Origin: Pyrinomonadaceae bacterium
Lineage (GTDB): Bacteria; Acidobacteriota; Blastocatellia; Pyrinomonadales; Pyrinomonadaceae
Reading direction: 5' to 3'
DNA: 64,000 nucleotides
Assembly: GCA_046313635.1 (NCBI GenBank)
Contig: JBKBYA010000001.1
Location: 895,481 to 959,480, forward strand
Of this stretch, positions 45,558 through 55,404 are shown in pieces. Every line of letters begins with the position of its first letter. Within the stretch, counting starts at the first letter, position 1. The notes below the pieces were generated by a model. The model had not been told where the DNA came from. It did no database searches and worked only from the letters and a program-made list of their open reading frames with translations. Position numbers and translations under genes: made by a program.

Positions 45558-47588
45558 ATGAGCAAAGGGAAGATACTGATCGTCGATGACGAGCCCGATG
45601 AGCTGCGAGAGTATTCTCAGATCGTCGGCAGCGACGGCTATGAGGTGATCGAGGCGGCCGGCAGCTCTGATTGGCTGAAACATTTCGAGGAGAGCGCTCC
45701 GGACGTCGTGCTGGTCGACGCGGTTCTCGACAACGGCGTTGCGGGCGTCGACGTGTGCCGGCAGATCAAATCGTTGAACGGCACGGCGGGGAGCCTCGTG
45801 CTGATGATCTCGGGCGAGCGCGTCTCGCCCGATCATATCGCCGAGGCCCTCGAGTTCGGTGCCGACGGTTATCTGAATAAGCCGGTCGAACCGAAGGTAC
45901 TGCTCGCGCACATTCGCGCGCTGATGCGTATCAAGGCCGCCGAACGCGAGCTCAGCGAGAGCCGTGAACAATACCGAGAGATCGCCGAGCAGCTCAAAGT
46001 GTCTAACCGGCGGCTCGAGGAATATAACCGTCTCAAGGCGGAGTTCATCGCCAATATGTCGCACGAGCTCCGCACTCCGCTGACCGCGATCATCGGTTTT
46101 GCGCAGCTAAGCAAGCTCAAACCTCCATCGACCCCGGTACCGCCGGAGTGCGACGTTGCCTTTGACCGAATACTGCAGAACGGCAAGCATCTCCTCTCGC
46201 TGATCGACGAGGTGCTCGACGTGGCAAAGATCGAAGCAGGCCGGCTGCGCATCCACCGCGAGCACGTCGACGTCGCCGATCTGGCGCGCAGCGCATTTGA
46301 GGAGCTCCAGGCGCTCGCTCTGCAAAAGGGTCTCGACTATCGCCTAAAGGTGCTCGAGGACATCCCTCTCGCGCTTACCGACCCGCTCAGGCTGCGGCAG
46401 GTGATGATCAACCTGCTCTCGAACGCGATCAAATTCACCAATAAGGGCGGTGTCGAGGCCGAATTGACCCGCCCGGACAAGGATCATTTCCGATTCGCTG
46501 TCCGCGATACCGGCATCGGCATCGAGGACGAGGCCGTCGATCTGATATTTGAGCGCTTCAGGCAGATCGACGGGACGTCGACGAGGCTCGCCGGCGGCAC
46601 CGGCCTCGGCCTCTCGATCGTCAAGCAGATCGTTCTGCTGATGGGCGGCACGATCGGGGTCAGTTCAAAGTCTGGCGAAGGGTCGGTCTTTACCGTCACG
46701 CTCCCGCTCGCCGTGCGCGAGGAGATCCACGCCGAGCGGCCCGACAGCGGCGACCTGAACGGCCGCTCGGAGCCCGAGGAAAGGCCGCACGAGGACGACG
46801 ACCGCCCGCTAGTGCTGATCGTCGAGGACGACCCGGACATGGCCGAGCTCTTATCGGAGACGGTGTCAAAAGCGGATTATCGTGTCCGCATAGCCCACTC
46901 CGGCGCCGATGGGCTCAGGTTTGCCCGCGATAATGACGTCGCCGCGATCGTCCTCGACGTGATGATGCCGGGGATGGACGGCTGGAAGGTGCTCCAAGAG
47001 CTCAAATCCGAGCGCCGCACCGCGGCGATACCGGTCATCGTCTGCTCGATCGTCGACAACCGACCGCTCGGTTACCGTTTGGGAGCGTCAAACTATCTGA
47101 TCAAGCCGATCGACCCCGAGGGCCTGCTCTCGGCGCTCAAGAACGCCGGAACCGCCGGGGCCCGTGCCGACGGCGACGGCGGTTACGTGCTGGTCGTCGA
47201 CGACGAGCACGGCATCCGCGAGCTGCTCTCGACGGCGCTGAAAAAGGCTGGCTTTGACGCTCGGTCGGCGGCAAGCGGCGAAATGGCGCTCAAGATGGTC
47301 AGCGAGGTCCCGCCAAAAGCGATCATCTCAGACCTGATGATGCCCGGCGGCATGAGCGGTTACGAGCTGATCGCCCGCGTGCGGGCCGACAAGCGGACCG
47401 AGCATGTTCCGATCATCATCATTACGGGCAAGGATATGACGCCCGACGACAGGCGATTCATCATCGGTGAGATCGCCCGCGTGATCAAAAAAGGCGACCT
47501 GCTGATGTCAGACCTCGAGACGCGGCTCAGACAGACGCTCGAAGAAATAGGAGTGAATCCATCCAGTGGCGAAAGTACTACTCGTTGA
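45558..47588 (+). CDS. Cytoplasmic hybrid histidine kinase (REC-HisKA-HATPase-REC-REC)
   Basis: ILIVDD; FIANMSHELRTPL; NLLSNAIKFT; DTGIGI; GGTGLGL; two C-terminal receivers; start moved to MSKGK. Confidence 0.93.
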   Translation: MSKGKILIVDDEPDELREYSQIVGSDGYEVIEAAGSSDWLKHFEESAPDVVLVDAVLDNGVAGVDVCRQIKSLNGTAGSLVLMISGERVSPDHIAEALEFGADGYLNKPVEPKVLLAHIRALMRIKAAERELSESREQYREIAEQLKVSNRRLEEYNRLKAEFIANMSHELRTPLTAIIGFAQLSKLKPPSTPVPPECDVAFDRILQNGKHLLSLIDEVLDVAKIEAGRLRIHREHVDVADLARSAFEELQALALQKGLDYRLKVLEDIPLALTDPLRLRQVMINLLSNAIKFTNKGGVEAELTRPDKDHFRFAVRDTGIGIEDEAVDLIFERFRQIDGTSTRLAGGTGLGLSIVKQIVLLMGGTIGVSSKSGEGSVFTVTLPLAVREEIHAERPDSGDLNGRSEPEERPHEDDDRPLVLIVEDDPDMAELLSETVSKADYRVRIAHSGADGLRFARDNDVAAIVLDVMMPGMDGWKVLQELKSERRTAAIPVIVCSIVDNRPLGYRLGASNYLIKPIDPEGLLSALKNAGTAGARADGDGGYVLVVDDEHGIRELLSTALKKAGFDARSAASGEMALKMVSEVPPKAIISDLMMPGGMSGYELIARVRADKRTEHVPIIIITGKDMTPDDRRFIIGEIARVIKKGDLLMSDLETRLRQTLEEIGVNPSSGESTTR

Positions 47589-47958
47589 GGACCATCAGGA
47601 CTCGCGGGAACTGATCAGCGCCATCCTCGAGATCGACGGGTACGTCGTCGAGCTGGCGGCACGCGGAGAGGACGGCGTGCGAATGGCGGTCGAGCAGCCG
47701 CCGGATATGATCATTCTCGACATCAGCCTCGCCGGCGAGATCGACGGCATCGAGACGCTTCGGCGTCTGCGTGCGCATTCAGCACTCGATCATGTCCCGG
47801 TCTACGCCCTGACCGCACATACGACGCTCTCCGACCGGCAGGCCATCGCGAGCGCCGGTTTTGACAAGTATCTCACCAAGCCTATCGTCGATCTCAATGG
47901 CTTTAGACGCGAGATCAGCGAAGCACTAGTCAAAGGGCGCCGGCCGGCATCGACCTGA
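47566..47958 (+). CDS. Single-domain response regulator (DivK-like)
   Basis: GTG start with RBS AGGAG; VLLVED, IILDISL, ALTA, TKP. Confidence 0.9.
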   Translation: MAKVLLVEDHQDSRELISAILEIDGYVVELAARGEDGVRMAVEQPPDMIILDISLAGEIDGIETLRRLRAHSALDHVPVYALTAHTTLSDRQAIASAGFDKYLTKPIVDLNGFRREISEALVKGRRPAST

Positions 47959-48099
47959 GCAGGCGCGAGAGTCGCCGCCGCGACGAGCCGCAGACCCCGA
48001 TCCGCAGGTCTCGCTCCGCCCGTAATCGTTCGCCTGCCGCTGCGGTTTTTGATACCATCGGTGAACTGAAGACCGGCACTCTTGCGGCCACACTACAAT

Positions 48100-50046
48100 A
48101 TGTTTAGCGATAACTTCAGACGCGGCGAGGGGAAGGGCGGCCGTAAAGGTTCAAAGGCCGTCTCCAAATTGGCCGACATCGGCTGGAAGGCGTTCCAAGC
48201 GGTCAACACGGCGCTGCCCGAGGGCAAGGCGATCCAGCCGAAGTGGGCCGCGGAGCCGCTGCTCAAGTCATACGAACGCACGGCCCCGCCGCTCGGCTTC
48301 CCGCGCGAGACCGACAGCCTCTGTCCGGCCTGCGTCAAGGCCGTGCGCAACGGCGTCATCTCGGGCGACATCCCGCTCGACATCCTGATGCACTCGCATC
48401 CCGGCGAGATCAAGGCGCAGATCGTCGAGGAGAACGGCCAGGTCATAATGCGCAAGACCTGCCCGACGCACGGCGAATTTGAGGACGTGCTGGCGACCGA
48501 CGCTCGCTTTTTGGAGCGGATCGAGTCGCTCTTTTTCGGCCGCGACTTTCGCTCGGCCGAGGACGAACACGTCCATCATCACGGCACGAGCGACATCAAA
48601 TTCGGCCGCGGCGCGGTGCTGACGGTCGACCTGACGAACCGCTGCAACATGATGTGCAATCCGTGCTTCATGGACGCGAACCAGGTCGGGTACGTGCACG
48701 AGCCGACGTTCGATGACATCAAGGCGATCCTCGACCGCGCCGTCAGCTTCAAGCCTCGCCGGCAGATCATCATCCTCTTCTCGGGCGGCGAGCCGACGCT
48801 GTCGCCCTTCTTTCTAGACGCCGTCGCGTACGCCAGGAAGATCGGCTTTTACCGCATCCTCGCCGCGACCAACGGCATCCGCTACGCCGAGGACATCGAA
48901 TTTTGCAAAGCCGCGAAAGAGGCCGGTCAGCACGGCGTCTATCTGCAGTTTGACGGAACGAACGAGGAGGACAACAAGCACCGCGGCGTCGGCAATCTCT
49001 TTGACGTCAAGCTCAAAGCGATCGAGAATCTCGCTTCGGTCGGCATCAAGGTCACGCTTGTGACGACGATCGTCAACTCGTGGAACAATCAGGGCATCGG
49101 CAGCATCGTCAAATTCGCCGCGCAGAATATCGATAAGGTGCAGACCATCGCCTTCCAGCCGGTCTCGTTCACAGGCCGCGATGAGGACGTCTCCGACGCC
49201 GACCGCAGGCAGCAGCGCTATACGCTCGCCGGGATGACGCACGACCTCGAGCAGCAGCTCGACGGCGTGCTGCAGCCGATGCGCGACTGGTTTCCGCTAT
49301 CGTCGTATTCGGCATTTACGAGCGTGATGGATATGCTGCAGGGCGCCGACGCGCCGTGGGGCTGGTCGTCGTGCAACTGCCATCCGAACTGCGGCATTTT
49401 TACTCTCGTCGTCGTCAACAAAAAGACCAACGAGATGCGCTCGCTATTTGAGTTTTTCAACTACGAGCGGTTCATGAAGGATGTCGCAAAGATCACCGAC
49501 ACCGCCCGCGGCAAAAAGCTCACGATGGCGCAGCTCGCGATGGCGATCATGCGAAACTACGACGCCGCGAGAGCACCCGAAGGTTTCCCGATCTCGCAGA
49601 TCGTCAATTTGTTCAAGCCGTCGTCGACCGTCTCTAATTCGGATCGAAACGACCGCATGAAGACCGCGAAGTCGGACGAGGACGTCTGGCGCGTGCTGTG
49701 CGTCGAAGGGATGTGGTTTCAAGACCTCTTCACCTACGACTTTCGCCGAACGGAAATGTGCGTCATCCCGTACGGCACGCAGGAGGGCGAGATCTCGTTC
49801 TGCGCCTACAACACCGGCGTCGGCTGGCGGCAGATCATCGAGGAGATGCACAAGACCGCTTCGCTCTCAGACTGGTACAAGGAGCACGGCCGTCACGCGG
49901 TTTACGCCAAGGGCAAGGCGGTTCCCGGCATCGAAAAGACGCGCTCGCTTTCGCTCCCTGTGATCGCAAAGGTCCTCGAGCAGGACATAGACAAGCCTGC
50001 CGTCTCGCCGTACCTCGTCGACGACGAAGAAACCGTCAGCGTGTAG
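48100..50046 (+). CDS. tes: Radical SAM enzyme, tetraether lipid synthase (Tes/GDGT-MAS) homolog
   Basis: T.SLCPAC...I.AQIVEENGQV.MRKTCPTHGEF, DLTNRCNMMCNPCF, SGGEPT, YLQFDG, CHPNCG, MWFQD...D.RR..MCVIPY....EISFCAYN; start uncertain. Confidence 0.82.
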   Translation: MFSDNFRRGEGKGGRKGSKAVSKLADIGWKAFQAVNTALPEGKAIQPKWAAEPLLKSYERTAPPLGFPRETDSLCPACVKAVRNGVISGDIPLDILMHSHPGEIKAQIVEENGQVIMRKTCPTHGEFEDVLATDARFLERIESLFFGRDFRSAEDEHVHHHGTSDIKFGRGAVLTVDLTNRCNMMCNPCFMDANQVGYVHEPTFDDIKAILDRAVSFKPRRQIIILFSGGEPTLSPFFLDAVAYARKIGFYRILAATNGIRYAEDIEFCKAAKEAGQHGVYLQFDGTNEEDNKHRGVGNLFDVKLKAIENLASVGIKVTLVTTIVNSWNNQGIGSIVKFAAQNIDKVQTIAFQPVSFTGRDEDVSDADRRQQRYTLAGMTHDLEQQLDGVLQPMRDWFPLSSYSAFTSVMDMLQGADAPWGWSSCNCHPNCGIFTLVVVNKKTNEMRSLFEFFNYERFMKDVAKITDTARGKKLTMAQLAMAIMRNYDAARAPEGFPISQIVNLFKPSSTVSNSDRNDRMKTAKSDEDVWRVLCVEGMWFQDLFTYDFRRTEMCVIPYGTQEGEISFCAYNTGVGWRQIIEEMHKTASLSDWYKEHGRHAVYAKGKAVPGIEKTRSLSLPVIAKVLEQDIDKPAVSPYLVDDEETVSV

Positions 50047-50064
50047 TCTTGCTGTTGCCTCCGA

Positions 50065-50134
50065 GATAACGGATAACTAATGACGGATAACTCAGAACGG
50101 TTATCCGTTATTCGTTATCCGTTTTCAGTTATTC
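50065..50134. repeat. Inverted heptamer arrays
   Basis: GATAACG GATAACT AATGACG GATAACT / GTTATCC GTTATTC GTTATCC GTTTTCA GTTATTC. Confidence 0.75.
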
Positions 50135-50152
50135 CGAAGAGTTTTGTATTCG

Positions 50153-51250
50153 ATGAATAGTCTCGTCTTCACAAACATGATCCACCGCCCCGCGCGGACG
50201 GCGGTGAGCATCATCGGGATCGGCGTCGGCATCCTGCTGATCGTCTTCACGGTCGGTTTGGCGAACGGCAGTCTCCGCGAACGCGCGCAGCGCGAGGCGA
50301 ATGTCGGGGCCGAGATAATGCTGCGCGCGTCGGGCAGTCTCGGACTGAGCGGTTCGGAATCGCTCCGGCTGCCGCAATCGCTCGCCCGCGAGATCATGTC
50401 GGTCGACGGCGTCGAAAAAGCGATCGCGATCGCGCAGAACAGCGTCGCCGCAAAAGACTCCAATACCGGCAGCCGCCTGATCGACGGTGTGAATTTTGAC
50501 GAGTATGCCGACGTCGCCGGGCTGCAGGTGATCGAGGGCAGGCGGCTCAACGAGGGCGGTGACGAGTTCGTGACCGACTCGGCCTGGGCCCGGCAGCGAG
50601 GTCTGAGGCTCGGCGACAAGATGCAGCTTTACGATCGCGATTTCACGTTTGTCGGCACGTACGAGCCGAGCGCCGGGGCCCGCATCAAGATACCGCTCTC
50701 GACGATGCAGACGCAGCTCGGCGCCGAAGGCAAGGCGTCGGCGATCCTCGTCAAGCTCAAACCCGGGGTCGAGCCCGATGCCGCAGCCGCCGCGCTGCAC
50801 GACCGATTTCCGGATAATCAGATCATCCTGACCCGAGATCTCGAGGAGCTGTATATGCAGGGCTTTCCGGCGCTGAATGTCTTTCTCAACGTCGTGATCG
50901 GCGTTGCCGGCGTCGTGAGCGCGATGATCATACTGCTCACGATGTACACGACCGTTACAGAGCGCACGCGCCAGATCGGCGTGCTCAAGTCGCTCGGAAT
51001 GTCCAACCCGAGGATCGCGTGGCTGATCGTCCAGGAAGCGCTGCTGATCAGCGCGGGCGGGGTCGTGTTTGGCGTGGCCGGCACATTCGCGTTGAAGTAT
51101 CTGCTCTCCGATACGCTGACCGTCAAGATCGAGCCGTGGGTCGTCCTCAGTATCGTTGCCGTCGGTCTCTTGAGCGGCGTGATCGGCGCTCTCTACCCGG
51201 GACTCCGCGCGGCGCGGCTCGATGCGGTCGAGGCTCTCAGCTACGAGTGA
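50153..51250 (+). CDS. ABC transporter permease (FtsX/MacB-like)
   Basis: RPARTAVSIIGIGVG, ERTRQIGVLKSLG, YPG.RAARLD.VEAL.YE. Confidence 0.9.
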   Translation: MNSLVFTNMIHRPARTAVSIIGIGVGILLIVFTVGLANGSLRERAQREANVGAEIMLRASGSLGLSGSESLRLPQSLAREIMSVDGVEKAIAIAQNSVAAKDSNTGSRLIDGVNFDEYADVAGLQVIEGRRLNEGGDEFVTDSAWARQRGLRLGDKMQLYDRDFTFVGTYEPSAGARIKIPLSTMQTQLGAEGKASAILVKLKPGVEPDAAAAALHDRFPDNQIILTRDLEELYMQGFPALNVFLNVVIGVAGVVSAMIILLTMYTTVTERTRQIGVLKSLGMSNPRIAWLIVQEALLISAGGVVFGVAGTFALKYLLSDTLTVKIEPWVVLSIVAVGLLSGVIGALYPGLRAARLDAVEALSYE

Positions 51251-52968
51251 TCGCCGACGAGGTCGTTCAATTTCTCTAATCCGCCCGCCACGTCCTTGCC
51301 GAGGTGCACCCGCAATGCGCGGCGGCCGCGATCGAGCAATACCTGAAAATCGCCGCGCGCCTGCGCCGCCTTGACGACGCCGAACGTGAATTGCTGCCCC
51401 GGCACCGGGATGTCGAACGCATCGTCCGACGTCACCTGCAGAAACACGCCGTTGTTGCCGCCGCCCTTGTACGCCTGACCGGTCGAGTGCAGAAATCGCG
51501 GGCCAAAGCCCAGACACGTCGCGACGCCGTGCGACTCGAGCACCGCTTCGCGGATGCTCTGCAGCAGGCGGTCGTTATCGCGGTTCATCTCGACATAGGC
51601 GAGCAGGGCAAAATAATCGTGCTCCTGAATGTTGAGCAGATGCGCCTCGATGAGCGACGCGAGCGAGGGCTCGTCGACCGCGGCCGAGAGCTCGGCGGCG
51701 TACTCTTCGCTGGTAAAAAGCCTGATGCCGTCGGCCTCGAAAAAGGGAACTTCGGCCGGCAGCGCACCGGTCGCTTCATACTCGGCGGTCAGTTTGCGCG
51801 CCTCGATCTTTGCCGCCTCGACGTCGGGCTGGTTAAAAGGATTGATGCCCATGATCGAGCCCGCGACGGCGGTCGCGAATTCCCAGCGGAAGAATTCCTG
51901 TCCGAGATCCTCGACGTCGTCGAGCTCGATCAGCACAAAAGGATGCCCCGCGTCGCGGATCGCGTCGAGCATCTGGATCTGCGCCTTTTCGTCCTCGCCG
52001 GCGAGCGTCGCCAAGCCGGGCCGCGACGTTCTGAGATAGACAAACAGCCGATCGCCGCCGTACGTCTCGGCCGGGAAGACCGGCTCGCGATCGACCGGGA
52101 TGATGGCCGTGCCGCGCTTGCCGGTCGACTCGGCGATGAGCTGCTCGAGCCACGCGCCGAGGTCGTAGATCTCGGGCGACGTAAAGATCGTCAGCTTGTC
52201 ACGGCCGTGCGAATGCGCGACGCCGAGAATGAGGCCGAGCATCGCTCCCGGATTCTGCGCCGCGTCGGTCGTACGGCACGCGTCGACCATCTCTATCGAA
52301 CGAGCGAGAAGGTCGCCGACATCGAGCCCCATCGCGGCGGCCGCCGCCATTCCAAAGACCGACAGTGCCGAGAACCTCCCGCCGATCTCAGGGTCGCCGT
52401 AAAAGATATGCCGAAACCCGTCGGCCCGCGCGACCTCTTCCATCTTTGACCCCGGATCGGTGATCGCGACAAACTGGCGGCCCGCATTCTCCCGGCCGAC
52501 GCGCTCGGCGACGCGCTCAAAAAAGTACTGCTTGAAGCAGTTGGGCTCCAGCGTCGAGCCCGACTTGCTTGCGACGATAAAGAGAGTCTTTTCGAGATCG
52601 ACAGCGTCCTCGACCGCCTTGACCTGCGCCGGCACGGTCGAGTCGAGCACGTGAAAATTCTCGACGCCGAAGGTGATCGCCAGCACCTCGGGGCACAGCG
52701 ACGAGCCGCCCATTCCCATCAGCAGCACGTCCGCGAATCCGGCGTCGGCGATGTCACGCCGCAGCTCGCGATACTTGTCGAGATCTCGCGATTCGCGCTC
52801 AGCGACGTCGAGCCAGCCGAGCCATTTCGATTCGTCGTCGTCGGTCCAGAGGTCGGCCTCTTTGTTCCAGATCTTTGAGACGTATCCGTTCTCCTGCCAG
52901 GCGGCGAGCTGCACGGCAAAGGCTTCGCTGAGCTCCGGCGGGAGCGAGTAGGTCATCTTATTGAGCAT
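51241..52968 (-). CDS. pgi: Glucose-6-phosphate isomerase (Pgi half of Tal/Pgi type, stand-alone)
   Basis: GMGGSSL, ASKSGSTLE, IGGRFSALS, W.EQLIAESTGK, NPFNQPDVE.AK, HSTGQAYKGG. Confidence 0.9.
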   Translation of the reverse strand: MLNKMTYSLPPELSEAFAVQLAAWQENGYVSKIWNKEADLWTDDDESKWLGWLDVAERESRDLDKYRELRRDIADAGFADVLLMGMGGSSLCPEVLAITFGVENFHVLDSTVPAQVKAVEDAVDLEKTLFIVASKSGSTLEPNCFKQYFFERVAERVGRENAGRQFVAITDPGSKMEEVARADGFRHIFYGDPEIGGRFSALSVFGMAAAAAMGLDVGDLLARSIEMVDACRTTDAAQNPGAMLGLILGVAHSHGRDKLTIFTSPEIYDLGAWLEQLIAESTGKRGTAIIPVDREPVFPAETYGGDRLFVYLRTSRPGLATLAGEDEKAQIQMLDAIRDAGHPFVLIELDDVEDLGQEFFRWEFATAVAGSIMGINPFNQPDVEAAKIEARKLTAEYEATGALPAEVPFFEADGIRLFTSEEYAAELSAAVDEPSLASLIEAHLLNIQEHDYFALLAYVEMNRDNDRLLQSIREAVLESHGVATCLGFGPRFLHSTGQAYKGGGNNGVFLQVTSDDAFDIPVPGQQFTFGVVKAAQARGDFQVLLDRGRRALRVHLGKDVAGGLEKLNDLVGDHS

Positions 52969-53047
52969 AGTCACATCTTCAGTGAATCTCGCGCGTACTG
53001 TCAACGATCAGGCATTCGGGCTAGAATCGTCACATTCCGGAGGCTGT

Positions 53048-53986
53048 ATGAAGACAATAATGTGCTCGATCCGATGCGTGTGCGTGAGGCTGGTGTTGGC
53101 GGCGGCGGCCGCCGCAGGCGTCTTTGCGGCGGCGGCCGCAGGTCAGACGTGCGCCGAGAGAGCGACCGAGATCAAACCCGTCCTTTCTGCCGAAACGCGC
53201 GCTTTGTACGATCGCAAATTGGCGGAGGCGTTCGAGGCCGACCGCCGCTCGGGCAACAGCCTCGAGACGACCATCTGGCTCGGCCGCCGCATCGCCTATA
53301 TCGGCGATTACAAGGCGGCGATCAGACAATTCACTTCCGGCATCGCTCGCTTTCCAAAGGACGCGCGTCTTTATCGCCATCGCGGGCACCGCCTGATCAC
53401 TCTGCGCTGTTTCGACGACGCGATCAGAGATCTCGAGACGGCCGCGAAACTGGTAAAGGGCAGGCCCGACGAGGTCGAGCCCGACGGCCTGCCGAACGCG
53501 CGAAACATCCCGACCAGCACTCTGCAGTCGAACATTTGGTATCACCTCGGCCTGGCGTACTACCTCAAGGGCGATTTTGAGAAGGCTCTTAGTGCTTACA
53601 ACGAGGCCGAAAAGGTCTCAAAAAATCCCGACATGCTCGTCGCGACCAAGCATTGGCAGTACATGACGCTTCGCCGGCTGGGCAAAAAGGACGAGGCAGA
53701 ACGAGCGATCGCCGCGATCCCCGACGATCTCGACATCATCGAGAACGGCGACTATTACAAACTCATCAAGCTGTATCAGGGAAAGCTGAGCGGCGAAAGT
53801 TTGCTGAAGGAGTTTGAAGCGATGCCCGACAGCGTGAGTCGCGCGACGCTCGGCTACGGCCTCGGCAACCGGTTTCTCTACCACGGTAAACGGGCCGAGG
53901 CGGATAAGATCTTTCGGCAGATCACGGCCGGTAAGCAATGGGCGAGCTTCGGCTACATAGCCGCGGAAAAAAGTTCAGGGTTTTGA
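53048..53986 (+). CDS. Secreted TPR protein
   Basis: Signal peptide; TPR helices LYRHRGHR..., IWYHLGLAYYLKGDFEKA. Confidence 0.88.
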   Translation: MKTIMCSIRCVCVRLVLAAAAAAGVFAAAAAGQTCAERATEIKPVLSAETRALYDRKLAEAFEADRRSGNSLETTIWLGRRIAYIGDYKAAIRQFTSGIARFPKDARLYRHRGHRLITLRCFDDAIRDLETAAKLVKGRPDEVEPDGLPNARNIPTSTLQSNIWYHLGLAYYLKGDFEKALSAYNEAEKVSKNPDMLVATKHWQYMTLRRLGKKDEAERAIAAIPDDLDIIENGDYYKLIKLYQGKLSGESLLKEFEAMPDSVSRATLGYGLGNRFLYHGKRAEADKIFRQITAGKQWASFGYIAAEKSSGF

Positions 53987-54067
53987 GTTCGGGGCTCAAG
54001 GTGTTGAGTTCCGGGTTCAGAGTTCGGAGTTTAGGGACTCTTAACCCTGAACCCCGAACTCCGAACT
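53978..54067. repeat. Inverted heptamer arrays between convergent genes
   Basis: GTTTTGA GTTCGGG ... GTTCCGG GTTCAGA GTTCGGA GTTTAGG / CTTAAC CCTGAAC CCCGAAC TCCGAAC. Confidence 0.7.
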
Positions 54068-55237
54068 TCACTTCCCCAGCCACCCGAGCAGCATCTCTTC
54101 CTGCCGGTGAAAGGCCTGCTCGGGGCGGCCGGTTCTTGTCATCGGGAGTTTGAAGAAAACGGAGAGCTGCTCCTGCACGCCCGACTCGCAGCGTCTCTGC
54201 GCGAGGTCGAGGCAGCGGGCGATCTCGATGGCGAGCGGCGCCGCGAGGATCGAATCCTTACAAAGAAAGTTCACCTTGATCTGCATCGGCTGCCCGAGAA
54301 ATCCTGTGATGTCGACGTTGTCCCACGCCTCCTTGCTGTCGCCGCGAGGCCGGTAGTAGCGGATGTCGACGATGTGGTCCTCGACGTCGTAGCCGAGGAT
54401 GTCCTCGAGCACCGAGCTCTTGGTCTTTACTTTTGAAGCGAGCGAATCTTCGTTCGACAGCGCGAGGCCGTCGCGGTTGCCGAGGATGTTGGTCGAGTAC
54501 CAGCCCTCGACCTTGAGCGCCCGCGAGCGGAGCGCCGGGGCCAGCACCGTTTTGATGAACGTCTGCCCGGTCTTGCCGTCCTTGCCGGCGACGGGAACTT
54601 TTTGCTGCTCGGCAAACTCGATCAGCGCCGGAATGTCGGCCGCGACCGACGGCGTGAAGTTGCCGTACGGCACGCCCTCGGCGATCGACGCGTAGGCGTA
54701 GAGCATCGCCGGCGAGATCTCGGGCGAATCGTCGTCGAGCGCCTTTTCAAAACCGGCAAGCGAGTTAAAGACCTCGCTCCCTTCGGCGGCGAGCTTCTCG
54801 GTCGAGGCGAGGTTGATCACGACGACCGAATCGCAGCGCTGCTTGAATGCGGCAAGGTCGGCGCGCAGCTTTGCGATCGCGTCGCGATGCGAGCCGCCGT
54901 CGACGCGGTTGGTGCCGTCGATATTTGCGAGAAACGCCCGGTTGCCGATCGCCGGCCACGGCTTGATCGCCCGCAGCTCGCTCTCGACCGCGGCGTGCTG
55001 CTTGTAGGTCAGCACCTCGTGATCCTCGGCGGCCTTGGCGAGGTGATCGGGAAAGAGGTCCCAGCCGGCAAAAACGATCTTGTCGTAATCGGCCAGCTCC
55101 GCACTCGCGAGACCTGCGAGCGGCAGGCCTTCGGTGCCGACCATGCCCTTCTTCAGCAGCTCAATCCCGGCGACCATCGTCGTCCCGACCGCGCCGCCGA
55201 GCCCGATCACCGCGATGCCAAGCTTTTTAAGTGTCAT
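54068..55237 (-). CDS. ino1: myo-inositol-1-phosphate synthase
   Basis: GLGGAVGTT, NLASTE, NFTPS, GKDGKTGQT..K, STNILGNRDG, DSILAAPL. Confidence 0.93.
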   Translation of the reverse strand: MTLKKLGIAVIGLGGAVGTTMVAGIELLKKGMVGTEGLPLAGLASAELADYDKIVFAGWDLFPDHLAKAAEDHEVLTYKQHAAVESELRAIKPWPAIGNRAFLANIDGTNRVDGGSHRDAIAKLRADLAAFKQRCDSVVVINLASTEKLAAEGSEVFNSLAGFEKALDDDSPEISPAMLYAYASIAEGVPYGNFTPSVAADIPALIEFAEQQKVPVAGKDGKTGQTFIKTVLAPALRSRALKVEGWYSTNILGNRDGLALSNEDSLASKVKTKSSVLEDILGYDVEDHIVDIRYYRPRGDSKEAWDNVDITGFLGQPMQIKVNFLCKDSILAAPLAIEIARCLDLAQRRCESGVQEQLSVFFKLPMTRTGRPEQAFHRQEEMLLGWLGK

Positions 55238-55349
55238 AAGCGAAGCGTAAGTTTACAACTTTGAAATTGGTGCCTCAACGACGGGCCGTGCGGCACGCGT
55301 CGCCGCGTCCGAAACGCGAAACGCTCCGACGGCAAATGCCCGCCCGCGC

Positions 55350-55382
55350 AAAAAATGGGAGAGGCCCGGGCCTCTCCCATTT
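55350..55382 (-). terminator. Rho-independent terminator of the subtilase gene
   Basis: AAATGGGAGAGGCCCGGGCCTCTCCCATTT perfect hairpin with a T tail on the minus strand. Confidence 0.8.
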
Positions 55383-55404
55383 CGTTGACTGCCGGATGGT
55401 CTCG

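Noticed and set aside
45276..45561. N-terminal extension of the histidine kinase, or a 68-aa leader ORF (45355-45561)
   Set aside because: The extension is low-complexity and the receiver domain starts at MSKGK. The leader ORF has an ATGA overlap but no recognisable features, so it is unsupported.
51241..52968. Truncated transaldolase/Pgi pseudogene
   Set aside because: The Pgi domain is complete with its catalytic motifs and has its own start; no tal remnant lies upstream.
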